Source: an uncultured Enterobacteriaceae bacterium
GTDB lineage: Bacteria; Pseudomonadota; Gammaproteobacteria; Eutrophobiales; Eutrophobiaceae
DNA: 52,987 nt
Direction of reading: 5' to 3'
Assembly (NCBI GenBank): GCA_964509455.1
Contig: CAZDXS010000125.1
Coordinates: forward strand, 1-52,987
Shown piece by piece: positions 39,341-48,686 of the stretch (its first letter is position 1; every line of letters starts with the position of its first letter). The notes under the pieces are model-generated. The model made no database searches. It was not told the origin of the DNA and was given only the letters and a program-made list of their open reading frames with translations. A program made the position numbers and the translations under genes.

Positions 39341-41413
39341 TCATCTCATTATAACAAGGGCGTCCAGCCCCAGGCAGCCCTTTTCAAACACTTTCAACGG
39401 GTTGACGTCCGCTTCTTTCACTTGTTCTCGGAATTCCACCGCCAGCACGGAGAGCCGGGCCGCCGCCGCGCAATAGGCGGCGATGTCCGCCGCCGGCGCA
39501 CCGCGAACGCCGTCCAGCAGTTTTCTCAGCCGCAACCGCCCCAGGCAACGGTGCGCCTCCGCCGCATCGAAAGGCGGCACGACGGAAACGACGTCTCCCA
39601 ACAATTCCGCGTGAATACCGCCCACGCCCATGACGACCAGGGGGCCGAACTGCTCGTCGGCGGTAACGCCTAACAACATCTCCACGCCGGCGGCGGTCGC
39701 CATGGGAGCGACCAGGACCTGGTTGCCCAGGCGGCCGGCCAGGTCCCGATAGGCCTGCGCTAGTTGCGTCTTGTTGCCCAGGGACAGCCTGACCCCGTCC
39801 GCGTCCGACTTGTGGCGAACGCCGGGCATGGCCGTTTTCATCACCACCGGGTAGTCCAGCTGCGGCGCCAGGGCAGCCAGCTCCGCCACGCTGTTCACGC
39901 TCCATGCCGGCGCCATGGGAATGCCGCAGTCCCGTAAAAAATTGCCGGCGGCGACCTCGCCGGCGCCGGCCGCCCGGAGCCGTTCGCCGCGCCAGGCCCG
40001 GGCGGCCCGGGGCAAGCGCGGCGGGCGCATCCGGGGACGGGCGCGAAAGTCCCGGTACGCCAGCAGGCGCTTTGTCCCCGCCAGAAAAGAGCCGATGCCG
40101 TCCAGCACGGGGAAGCCGGCGCGGGTCGTTGCCGCCACGCTGGGGTCGGCGCCCGTTCCCTGGCGGTTGGCCACCAGGAACACCGGCTTGCCGGCGGCGG
40201 CATGCCCGACTTGCAAGTAACGCAGGTACTCGGGGCAGATGGCGCCGCCGGGCCCCCGATCATGCACCACCGCGCCCAGGGCCGCATCGTCGTCTTGCAA
40301 CAAGGCGGTAAAACAGCGGGCCGCCCGCTCCTCGTAGTCCGCCCCGCCCAGGCTCCATACGTCCAGCGGGTTCACCGCCGGCAGGCCGGGGTCCAGCAAC
40401 TTTTCCAGTCTGCGGCGCGTGGCCGGAGAAATCTCCGCCAGGGCCGCGCCTTCTCGCTCGGCTGCGTCAATGAGCAGCTGGCGCTCACCGCCGGAATCAT
40501 GGATGGCGACCAGGCCGCCGGAGCGTACGGGATGGGGCTGGGCGAACATGATCAAGGTTGTGGCCAGTTGCTCCATGTCCTCGACCCGCTGCACCCCGTA
40601 ACGGTCAAACACGGCGTCGTAGGCGGCGTCATTGCCGGCCAGGGCGCCGGAATGGGACACGGCCAAGTGCGCCGCCAGTTCAGTGCGCCCGGTCTTGACC
40701 GCCACAACGGGAATTCCTCGTTGCGCGGCCTTGCGAAGCCCCGCCGCCAGCCGCTCCGGCCGGCGGCTGGATTCCAGGAACAGTCCCACGACCCGGGTCT
40801 CCTCCTGGTCCAGCGCGTAATCCAGATAGTCCTCGGCCGTAACGGTCAACTCCAGCCCCGTTGACACGGCCACGTTAAAGTCGATGCGCTCATCTACGTC
40901 CAGGATGCCGGACATGCCGGAGCCGGATTGACTGATCAACGCGACCCCGCCCGGCCGGTGGGCGCGAGTGGCGAAACCGCAGGCGTGCACGTTGTGAGTG
41001 AAGTTGTAAAACCCCATGCTGTTGCCGCCGCACAGCAGCAACTGCGCCTGCTCCGCCCGTTGTTGCACCCGTTGTTTCAGGGAGGGGCTGGGATCGCGCC
41101 GCGGCGCCAGGGCGGAAAAGATGGTGGCCGCCTCGATGCCGCCGCTCAGCGCCTGGTCCAGGGCGCTCTCCAGGCGCTCGTCCCCCAGGGCAAAGATCGC
41201 ATGTTGCACCGGTTGCGGCAGGGCGGACAGGGACGGGTAACAGGGTACGCCCTCAATTTCCTTGTAGCGGGGATTCACGGCGTACAGCGGCCCGGGAAAT
41301 TTCCCGCGCCTGAGGTTGGTCAACACCGTGTGCCCGACGGCGCCGCGGCGACGGGTCGCGCCCACCACGACAATGGCGGCCGGCCGCAACAACGGGTCTA
41401 ACCGGTGCGGCAT
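39341..41413 (-). CDS. Acetate/acyl-CoA ligase (ADP-forming) family, CoA-binding + ATP-grasp
   Basis: LDPLLRP..IVVVGA, VNP.Y, GGNSMG, SQSG, SHSGALAG (phospho-His), NPLD, HKSD..GV, FGP, DVNPL. True start is ATG 41413. Confidence 0.9.
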   Translation of the reverse strand: MPHRLDPLLRPAAIVVVGATRRRGAVGHTVLTNLRRGKFPGPLYAVNPRYKEIEGVPCYPSLSALPQPVQHAIFALGDERLESALDQALSGGIEAATIFSALAPRRDPSPSLKQRVQQRAEQAQLLLCGGNSMGFYNFTHNVHACGFATRAHRPGGVALISQSGSGMSGILDVDERIDFNVAVSTGLELTVTAEDYLDYALDQEETRVVGLFLESSRRPERLAAGLRKAAQRGIPVVAVKTGRTELAAHLAVSHSGALAGNDAAYDAVFDRYGVQRVEDMEQLATTLIMFAQPHPVRSGGLVAIHDSGGERQLLIDAAEREGAALAEISPATRRRLEKLLDPGLPAVNPLDVWSLGGADYEERAARCFTALLQDDDAALGAVVHDRGPGGAICPEYLRYLQVGHAAAGKPVFLVANRQGTGADPSVAATTRAGFPVLDGIGSFLAGTKRLLAYRDFRARPRMRPPRLPRAARAWRGERLRAAGAGEVAAGNFLRDCGIPMAPAWSVNSVAELAALAPQLDYPVVMKTAMPGVRHKSDADGVRLSLGNKTQLAQAYRDLAGRLGNQVLVAPMATAAGVEMLLGVTADEQFGPLVVMGVGGIHAELLGDVVSVVPPFDAAEAHRCLGRLRLRKLLDGVRGAPAADIAAYCAAAARLSVLAVEFREQVKEADVNPLKVFEKGCLGLDALVIMR

Positions 41414-41996
41414 GGGACGGAACGCTGGGGGCAGGGTCGCACGGCACCGCGGCGGGCGCCGGGGAGTGCAGAAGAATAATCGTTGCCGCCGGCCGCGCCC
41501 GGCAAGGGGCCGCGGCTCGGCAGTCCGTCGACGGCGCCGTGGCGGCGGGTCGCGCCCACCACGACAATGGAAGCCGGGCGCAACAACGGGTCTAACCGGC
41601 GCGGCATGGGACGGAACGCCGGGGGGCAGGGTCGTGCGGTGCCGCGGCGGCCGCCGGGGAGTGCAGAAGAATGATCGTTGCCGCCGGCTGCGCCCGGCAG
41701 AAGCCGCGGCTCGGCAGTCCGTCGACGGCGCCGCGGCGGTGGGTCGCGCCCACCACGGCAATGGTGGTCGAGCGCGGCGACGGGTCTAACCGGTGCGGCA
41801 TGGGACGGAACGCCGGAGGGCAGAGTCGCACGGCGCCGCGGCGGCCGCCGGAGAGTACAGAAGAATAATCGTTGCCGCCGGCCGCGCCCGGCAGAAGCCG
41901 CGGCTCGGCAGTCCGCTAGCGCCGCGGCGGTTGCCGGGGAGCGCCGCAGCATGATCGTTGCCGCCGGCCGCGCCCGGCAAGGAGCCGCGACTCAGT
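41335..41996. repeat. 194-bp tandem array (3 units + partial) copying the intergenic region and first ~26 codons of the acyl-CoA ligase
   Basis: CATGGGACGGAACGC at 41411, 41605 and 41799; CGACGGCGCCG at 41335, 41529 and 41723; partial fourth unit at ~41920-41996. Confidence 0.92.
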
Positions 41997-43179
41997 AATC
42001 CGCCGGCGGCGTCGTGCGCCGCCGCGGCGGGTCGAAAAAAGCGCCGTCCACCACCCGGCAACGAGACATCAGGCGTTTCCACTGCAACTCGCTGTTGTAA
42101 TAAACCTCCGCATACAACTCATCCTGCGGCCGCCCCCACGGCATTTCCAAGGACGCCAGGGCAATATTCATCTTGGCGGTGGGCGCCCAGGCGGCGGACG
42201 TCACATGCCCCACCACGTCTTCCCGGCGGTCGCAGATAAACGATTCTGATGCCGGCTTGTTGCCGGCAATGTCCAGCCGCACCAGGCGGTAGCGCGAGCC
42301 TTTTTCCTGTTCTTCCAGCAGGGCTTTCCTGCCGTTGAACAGCGGCTTGTCCAGGTGCACCAGCCGGCCCAGCCCCAGTTCGAAGGGAGAGCGTCCCCGC
42401 CCCGGGCGCACCACTTCCGCGGCCGGCACAAACTCCTCCCAGGCCTGTATGAACCCGGCTTCGATGCGGGCCAGGTCCAGGGCCTCAGTACCGGCGGGCA
42501 TAATGCCAAACGGCTCGCCGGCGGCAAACAAGGCGTCCCACAAGGCCGCCGCCCGGGCGGGTTCAACCCACAACTCGTAACCCAGGTCGCCGGTAAAGCC
42601 GGTGCGCGACGCCAGCAACCGGCCGCCGTCAAAAGGGAAAAAGCGCGCATCAAAGGGCTTCATGGTCTCGATGCCGGCCAGGCCCAGGGCTTTCAGGGCG
42701 CGGCAGGAAGTGGGGCCTTGCACGGCCAGCGCGGCGATTTCCTCGGTCTCATCCTCCACTTGCACGTCAAATCCCACGGCGGTCTCCAGCAACCAGTCCA
42801 GGTGGCGTTCCTGGGAACACAGGCGCCAATGATGCTCGTCCAGATGAAACACCGTGCCGTCATCCAGCACGTGCCCCCGGTCGTCGCACCAGGCGCAGTA
42901 CATGACGCGCCCGGGAGTTAATTTGTCCATTCTGCGGGTCATCAGCTTGTCCAGATAAGCCAGCCCGTCCCGGCCGCTGATGCGGTACTTGGTCATGGGC
43001 GACAAGTCGATGACCGCAACGGCGTTGCGAATGGCGAAATACTCCTGTTCCATGCTGGTGTAGCAGTCCACGACGGTATATGCTTTCCAGTCCGACCAGC
43101 GATTGGTCTCGCAACGGGCCGCCGTGCGCTCGTGAAACGGCGTGGGCAATACGCGCGGGTCTGTCGCTCGCCGGGTCAC
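41992..43179 (-). CDS. Aminomethyltransferase (GcvT/DmdA-like, folate-dependent demethylase family)
   Basis: TPFH, EYFAIRN...IDLSPM, VLDDG, AVQGP, SRTGFTGDLGYEL, RIEAG, G.VTS. GTG 43179 overlaps the upstream stop. Confidence 0.9.
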   Translation of the reverse strand: MTRRATDPRVLPTPFHERTAARCETNRWSDWKAYTVVDCYTSMEQEYFAIRNAVAVIDLSPMTKYRISGRDGLAYLDKLMTRRMDKLTPGRVMYCAWCDDRGHVLDDGTVFHLDEHHWRLCSQERHLDWLLETAVGFDVQVEDETEEIAALAVQGPTSCRALKALGLAGIETMKPFDARFFPFDGGRLLASRTGFTGDLGYELWVEPARAAALWDALFAAGEPFGIMPAGTEALDLARIEAGFIQAWEEFVPAAEVVRPGRGRSPFELGLGRLVHLDKPLFNGRKALLEEQEKGSRYRLVRLDIAGNKPASESFICDRREDVVGHVTSAAWAPTAKMNIALASLEMPWGRPQDELYAEVYYNSELQWKRLMSRCRVVDGAFFDPPRRRTTPPADY

Positions 43180-44738
43180 GCGGCGCCCTCCCGCTTCAAT
43201 ATTTCCCGGGCGGCGTTGCGGCCGGCCAGCCCCGTTACGCCGCCGCCGGGATGACAACCGGCGCCGCACAGGTACAGGCCGGGCACCGGGGTCCCGTAGC
43301 GGGCAGCGCCGGGGACCGGGCGCAACATCATGAATTGATCCAGGCTGTATTCGCCATGGTGCCAATGGCCGTTGCACATGTTGAATTCCCGCTCCAGGTC
43401 CGGCGGAAGCAACAGCTCCGCGGCAACCACCTGCTTTCGGATTCCGGGCGCATATTCCTCCAGCCGGTCAATGAGCAGTTGCTGAAAAGCGTCCCGCTCG
43501 CGGTCCCAGCCGCCGCGCAACTCGCCGGGGGCGTACTGCACCACGGCGGACAACACGTGTTTGCCCGGGGGCGCCAGCCCGGCGTCATGGATGGACGGGA
43601 TGCTGATCTCCATGGCGGGGAGGGACGAGTGCCGACCGTACTTGGAGTCGTCAAAAGCGCGTTCCAGGTATTCCAGGGACGGCGCCAGGACCAGGCGCTG
43701 CCCCGTCTGCGCATCCGTCATGCCGGTGAACCGGGGCGGCCCGTCCAGCACTAGGTGCAGTTTTGCCGCCTTGGCCTGCATGCGAATATTGGCTACTCGC
43801 CGGGCGAAACCGGTCTCCAGGAAGCGGGCGCCCACCAACCGCAGGAACGTGGTTTTCGGATCGGCGCCGGAGACGATGAAGGCGCCGGCCAATCGCTCGC
43901 CGGCCGCGGTTTCCACCCCCACCGCCCGGTCCTGCTCCAGCAACACCCGGCTGACCGGCGTCTCCGTTCGTACGGCGGCGCCGGCGGCCTGGGCGGCGGC
44001 GGCCAGGGCCTGGGTCACCGCCCCCATGCCGCCGGCCGGCAGGGCCGCGCCCTGGTCGGACAGCGTTCCGGCCAGGCGATGCAGGTAGGTCAACACCGAG
44101 CCGGGCGAGCGCGGCCCCAGGTTGGCCCCCAGCACCGCGTCCAGGCCCAGGGCGCCTTTCAGCAGGTCGCTGCGGAACGTCTCCTGCAACACGTCGTAAA
44201 TATTGACGGCGCCGACCCGCAACAGCTCCCTCATGTCGTCCCGCCCCAGCAGGCGCAGGCTCAGCCCCAGCCGGGCCAGGGCGGCAAGATCGGCCGCGCT
44301 GCGGTGCGCCAGGCGCGGCGGACGCATGGTGAACGTCTTGCGCAACAGGCCGGCGAAGCGCCGAAACCGCCGCAGGAACCGGGGGTAGGCGGCGCGGTCG
44401 GCGGCAGTTGCGGCATCGCCTTCAACGGCGGCGCCGGCCAGGACGAGGTGGTTGCCGTTCGCTTCCAGGGCAACGGTATCCAGGTTGACGGCCGCCCACT
44501 CCAAGCCGTGCCGGGCAAGGTTCAACTCGGAGACGATGCGCGGCGCCGGCAGGCGGGCCAGGTGGGCGCAGGCGGAAACCGAGCAGCCGGGCGCGAACTC
44601 GCGGGTGATCGCGGCGCCGCCCACTCGCTCATTCGCCTCCAACACCAGCACCGAGCAACCGGCGCGGGCCAGGAAAGCGGCGCAAACCAGGCCGTTGTGG
44701 CCGGCCCCGATGATGACGGCGTCGTAGCGCTCACTCAT
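43176..44738 (-). CDS. FAD-dependent oxidoreductase, phytoene desaturase-like family
   Basis: IIGAGHNGL, GGMG, PPGKH, G.WHHGE, LYLCGAGCHPGGGVTG. Confidence 0.9.
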   Translation of the reverse strand: MSERYDAVIIGAGHNGLVCAAFLARAGCSVLVLEANERVGGAAITREFAPGCSVSACAHLARLPAPRIVSELNLARHGLEWAAVNLDTVALEANGNHLVLAGAAVEGDAATAADRAAYPRFLRRFRRFAGLLRKTFTMRPPRLAHRSAADLAALARLGLSLRLLGRDDMRELLRVGAVNIYDVLQETFRSDLLKGALGLDAVLGANLGPRSPGSVLTYLHRLAGTLSDQGAALPAGGMGAVTQALAAAAQAAGAAVRTETPVSRVLLEQDRAVGVETAAGERLAGAFIVSGADPKTTFLRLVGARFLETGFARRVANIRMQAKAAKLHLVLDGPPRFTGMTDAQTGQRLVLAPSLEYLERAFDDSKYGRHSSLPAMEISIPSIHDAGLAPPGKHVLSAVVQYAPGELRGGWDRERDAFQQLLIDRLEEYAPGIRKQVVAAELLLPPDLEREFNMCNGHWHHGEYSLDQFMMLRPVPGAARYGTPVPGLYLCGAGCHPGGGVTGLAGRNAAREILKREGAA

Positions 44739-46347
44739 CGCTGAAAGCCTCGGGCACCAAGTTTTTGCGGCCCAGGTCCGCCAGTATTTCCCGGGCGGAG
44801 TTGGCGCCCGGCGCCCCCATCACGCCGCCGCCCGGGTGCGTGGCGGAGCCGGACATGTACAACCCCTTGAGCGGTCCCCGGTACTGGGCGTAACCGGGGA
44901 AAGGGCGGTTGAACAACAGCTGGTCCAGGGTCAGCTCGCCCTGGAAAATATTGCCTTCGGTCAAGCCCACCTCGTTTTCCAGCTCCCGGGGCGTGCGGAC
45001 TTCGGCGTGCAGGATCAGGTCTTTGAAGTCCGGGCTGTATTGCGCAATCTGGTCGATCACGGTTTGTCCAAACTGGTCCCGTTGCTCATCGCTCCAGTCG
45101 CAGCCGTTCACCTGCGGGGGGCAGTACTGGATAAACGCGGTCATCATATGTTTGCCGGGCGGGGCCATGGTGGGATCCACTTGGGTGGGGATCAGCGTGT
45201 CCATGTAAGGATCCTGCGACCAAGCGCCGTTTTTCCAGTCATCGTAGGCCCGCTCCATGCGCTCCAGTGAGTCGCTGAAATGAAAGTCCGCTTTCAGCAA
45301 CTCGTGCCCCGGCGGCACGGCGTGAAAAGAGGGCATGCCGTCCAGCGCAATGTTCAACTTGCCGGAAGATCCTCGTATCTTGAAGTTCCGCACCTTCTCG
45401 GCAAACCCCTGCGGCAGGTCCCGTTCATCCATGAGCGTTAGAAAGGTGCGCTTCGGATCCAGGTTGGAGACAACCGTGTCGGCGTAGTATTCATCGCCGT
45501 TCTCCAGCACGACCCCCTTGACCCGCCTGCCGGGCACCAGGATTTTAGCCGCTCCGGCATCCGTCTTGATCTCGCCGCCGGCGGCCTGGAAAGCGCCCGC
45601 CACGGCGTTGGCGATGGCCCCCATGCCGCCCCGGGCAAAGCCCCAGGCGCCAATGTTGCCGTCCACGTCTCCCATGTAGTGATGCAACAGCACGTAGGCC
45701 GTGCCGGGCGAATACACGCCCAGCGCGGTGCCAATGATGCCGCTGCCGGCTAGGTGCGCCTTGACGACGTCCGTTTCAAAGTACTCATCCAAGTAATCGC
45801 CTATGCTCATGGTCCAGAAACGGATGGTGTCGTACAGCACATCCTCGCCCAGGTCCCAAAAGGTCTTGAGCAGGTACGCCAGCTCCGCCAGGTCCCGCGG
45901 GCGGAACGAGACGGGATCGGGCGGGGTCCTCAACAACAGCGGCCGAATCAACCGGGTCTGGCGCGAGACGTCCGCCGTGTAGCGCAGGTAGGCGTCCGCG
46001 TCGCGGCGGGAATGTCGGGCGATTTCCCGGTACTGGCGCTCCTCGTCGTCGTAGTTGCCGAAATAATCGCCGTTGCGCATGAAAGTGATGCCGCCCTCGT
46101 AGGGAATCACCTGCAGTCCGTGGCGCGCCAGCTCCAGGTCGCGGTACAGTTCCGGGCGCAACAGGCTGCACACGTAGGAGCAGTTTGAGTAGGTCCAGCC
46201 CGGATACAGGGAGCGGCTGACGGACGCGCCGCCGATCCAGGGATTTTTCTCCAGCACTAACACTTGCAACCCCGCCCGGGCCAGGTAGGCGGCATTGACC
46301 AAGCCGTTGTGGCCGGCGCCGATGACGATGGCGTCGTATTTCTTCAT
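44731..46347 (-). CDS. FAD-dependent oxidoreductase, phytoene desaturase-like family (paralogue)
   Basis: VIGAGHNGL, SNCSYVCSLLRP, GGMG, GNIFQGEL, THPGGGVMGAPG. Confidence 0.92.
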   Translation of the reverse strand: MKKYDAIVIGAGHNGLVNAAYLARAGLQVLVLEKNPWIGGASVSRSLYPGWTYSNCSYVCSLLRPELYRDLELARHGLQVIPYEGGITFMRNGDYFGNYDDEERQYREIARHSRRDADAYLRYTADVSRQTRLIRPLLLRTPPDPVSFRPRDLAELAYLLKTFWDLGEDVLYDTIRFWTMSIGDYLDEYFETDVVKAHLAGSGIIGTALGVYSPGTAYVLLHHYMGDVDGNIGAWGFARGGMGAIANAVAGAFQAAGGEIKTDAGAAKILVPGRRVKGVVLENGDEYYADTVVSNLDPKRTFLTLMDERDLPQGFAEKVRNFKIRGSSGKLNIALDGMPSFHAVPPGHELLKADFHFSDSLERMERAYDDWKNGAWSQDPYMDTLIPTQVDPTMAPPGKHMMTAFIQYCPPQVNGCDWSDEQRDQFGQTVIDQIAQYSPDFKDLILHAEVRTPRELENEVGLTEGNIFQGELTLDQLLFNRPFPGYAQYRGPLKGLYMSGSATHPGGGVMGAPGANSAREILADLGRKNLVPEAFSDE

Positions 46348-47672
46348 GGGGACGGGCCGGCGGCGCTTCGGCGTTGCTCCAGGGTCAGCTCCACCGCCTG
46401 TTCGAAAGCGGCAACGGTCTCGTTCAGGCAGTTCTCGTCGTGGGCCGCGCAGATGAACCAGGGTTCCCGGGAATCTGGTTCCACCAGCACGCCCAAGTCG
46501 CGCAGGTGCGGCGCCAACATCTCGTAGAAAGCGTGGTCGGTGCGCACCCAGTCGCGGTAGTCGGCGGGAGGCTCGGCGGCGAAAAACAACCCCGACATAG
46601 CGGGATGGCCCACGAAACAGCAGGGAATGTCGTGTTTTGCCAGCACCTTGCCCAGCTCCTCCCGCAACCGGGCGCCGTAGGCGGCAATATTGGCCAGCGC
46701 GTCGGTTTCATCGAGAATTTCCAGGGTGCGGGCGGCGGCGGCCATGGCAACGGAATGGCCGGTGTAGGTGCCGCCGTGCACCACCCGCTCGCCGATGATG
46801 CGCATGATTTCCTCTTTTCCCGCCAGGGCGGAAACCGGGTAGCCGTTGGCCATGGATTTGGCAAAAGTGCACAGGTCCGCGGTGACTCCCAGCAATTCCT
46901 GCACCCCGCCCCGGGCCACGCGAAAACCGGTTTTCACCTCGTCAATAATGAGGATGACGTCATGCCGGTCGCACAACTCGCGCACGTCCTTGAGGTATTG
47001 GCTCGTCGCGGTGATGGAACAGCAGTTGCCCATCATGGGCTCAATGAGGAAAGCGCCAATCTTGTCGCCGTGGCGCTGGAACAGGTGTTCCAGCCGGTTG
47101 GCGTCGTTCAGGGGCACGCTGTGCGCCAGGCGCCCGTACAGCTCCGGCACGCCCTCGCCGTAGGGCAACAACTTCGGATCTCCCTCTCCCTCCCGCCAGT
47201 CCTCCACCTCGGAGTACCATAACACTTCGCTGCACACGCCGTGATAACCCCCTTCCACCAGCACGTAATGATCTTTGCCGGTGTAGGCGCGGGCCGCTCT
47301 CAGGGCCGCCATCACCGCCTCAGTGCCGGATACGGAGAACCGCACCAGCTCGGCGCCCGGCGCCATGGCGCAGATGCGCCGGGCTACCGCGTACTCCAGC
47401 TCCGTGGAAAGCGCAAACACCCCGCCAATCTCCATGCCCTGGCGGGCGGCCGCGTCCACGCGCTCATCGGCGTAGCCGAGAATGGCGGGCCCGAACCCCA
47501 GGCGGTAGTCAATATACTCGTTGTCGTCCAGGTCCCACAGGCGGGCGCCCCGGCCGCGGCGAATGTAGATGGTCGCATCGCCCCAGTAGCGAAAATTGGA
47601 AGTAACCCCCTGGGGCAGGCGCGTTATCGCCTGCTGAAAATGAAGGTCGGATTTTTCCCGACTGCGCGCCAC
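46344..47672 (-). CDS. Class III PLP aminotransferase (glutamate-1-semialdehyde aminomutase-like)
   Basis: P.GVTSNFR, WDLDDNEYIDY, SGTEAVM, GGYHG, IDEVKTGFR, FAKSMANGYP (PLP Lys), HGGTY. Confidence 0.9.
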   Translation of the reverse strand: MARSREKSDLHFQQAITRLPQGVTSNFRYWGDATIYIRRGRGARLWDLDDNEYIDYRLGFGPAILGYADERVDAAARQGMEIGGVFALSTELEYAVARRICAMAPGAELVRFSVSGTEAVMAALRAARAYTGKDHYVLVEGGYHGVCSEVLWYSEVEDWREGEGDPKLLPYGEGVPELYGRLAHSVPLNDANRLEHLFQRHGDKIGAFLIEPMMGNCCSITATSQYLKDVRELCDRHDVILIIDEVKTGFRVARGGVQELLGVTADLCTFAKSMANGYPVSALAGKEEIMRIIGERVVHGGTYTGHSVAMAAAARTLEILDETDALANIAAYGARLREELGKVLAKHDIPCCFVGHPAMSGLFFAAEPPADYRDWVRTDHAFYEMLAPHLRDLGVLVEPDSREPWFICAAHDENCLNETVAAFEQAVELTLEQRRSAAGPSP

Positions 47673-47786
47673 GATTGCTGTTCCCCCCGTGCTGTCCCGT
47701 GCAGTATAGCGCGAACGCGCGACTTTTTCAGGGGAAACAGGGCGGGCGCGTTAGTTGCCGCGCCAACGGCGCGGCGGCGTGCGACT

Positions 47787-47982
47787 ACCCCCTGGCGCAG
47801 GATATTTTCTGGAAAGCGAACCGGGCAACGAGTGCGGGCGGGAGGCGTACACATAGTACATCGATACCGAACGAACGAAGCAGGCCGGCGATGCATAACG
47901 GAAAATAGACAAGCCAGGGGGCGACTGCAGTGAAGCCGTAGCGCCAACAAAGCTGTCGCGCAAAACAGGCAAGCCAGGGGGT
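47787..47982. mobile_element. ~196-bp MITE-like element with 10-bp terminal inverted repeats
   Basis: ACCCCCTGGC (47787-47796) and GCCAGGGGGT (47973-47982) are perfect inverses. A second right end GCCAGGGGG sits internally at 47913-47921. GTAC-N5-GTAC core at 47847-47859. Related copy at 253-410. Confidence 0.6.
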
Positions 47983-48686
47983 TACTTGATGGCGAGAAAC
48001 CCCTCGAAGCTGACGTATTTCATCACCGTCATTACGTCCTTGAACCCGGCCCGTTCCAGCAGTCCCAGGTTGCCGGCCGTGGAAAACGGCTTCAGCACGC
48101 CTTTCAGGCTGGATTCCTTGTCCAGTATTTCGGCGGCGCTGAGGCCGTTGCGGCGTTTGAACTCCCGGTACAGGCAGGACATCATGTCCTGGAAACGGGA
48201 GTCCGGTGCGCCTGTTTTTTCGAACATGATGAACGCGCCGCCCCAGTTCAGCGCTTGGTAGATCCTGTCGATCAGGGCCTGGCGGCGTCTTTCCTCGACG
48301 AACTGGACCGTGTAGTAGGCGATGACCAGGTCGGGTTGCTCCAGCTTGTGGTCCAGCAGGTCCTCGCAGTGCAACTCCACGTTCGTTAGCCCGGCGCAGT
48401 TCTTCTGCGCCTGGGCGATCATGTCGGGCTCCTTGTCCACGCCTATCCAGCGTGCGCCGGGCTTGTGCCGGTGATAGTGCGCCAGTTTTTTCAGCAACTC
48501 GCCGGTGGAGCAACCCAGATCATAGGTCACGCTGTCCGGCATCACGAAAAAATCGCCCAGGCAACATATAAGCTCATGCCCGTCCTGGTAACAGGGGATG
48601 GAGCGGCCGGCATGTTCGGCGAAAGTCTCCGCCACCGCGGCGGAAAACGACCAAGCGGCGCGTTTTGTGGATGCCTTGTCACTCAT
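47982..48686 (-). CDS. CmoA-like class I SAM-dependent methyltransferase
   Basis: W.F...VA..F..H..RSIP.Y, YDLGCSTG, YTVQF, L..AGF. The CmoA Arg199-equivalent appears to be Glu. Confidence 0.8.
   Translation of the reverse strand: MSDKASTKRAAWSFSAAVAETFAEHAGRSIPCYQDGHELICCLGDFFVMPDSVTYDLGCSTGELLKKLAHYHRHKPGARWIGVDKEPDMIAQAQKNCAGLTNVELHCEDLLDHKLEQPDLVIAYYTVQFVEERRRQALIDRIYQALNWGGAFIMFEKTGAPDSRFQDMMSCLYREFKRRNGLSAAEILDKESSLKGVLKPFSTAGNLGLLERAGFKDVMTVMKYVSFEGFLAIK

Noticed and set aside
36583-39354. 923-aa plus-strand ORF
   Set aside because: Antisense shadow of the Rieske and GS-like genes; no motifs. Long shadows are expected at high GC.
41414-41761. 116-aa N-terminal extension of the acyl-CoA ligase in the ORF track
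   Set aside because: It is out-of-frame read-through of the 194-bp repeats; family homology begins at ATG 41413.
41335-41996. CRISPR interpretation of the 194-bp and 185-bp arrays
   Set aside because: Whole units are homologous, with no unique spacers, wrong length, gene-derived content and no cas genes.
43176-46347. Carotenoid biosynthesis (crtI) call for the two flavoproteins
   Set aside because: No crtB/crtE/crtY nearby; context is amine/C1 metabolism.
46344-47672. hemL call
   Set aside because: GVTSNFR and overall divergence from the HemL GVNSPVR motif, plus catabolic context; left as class III aminotransferase.
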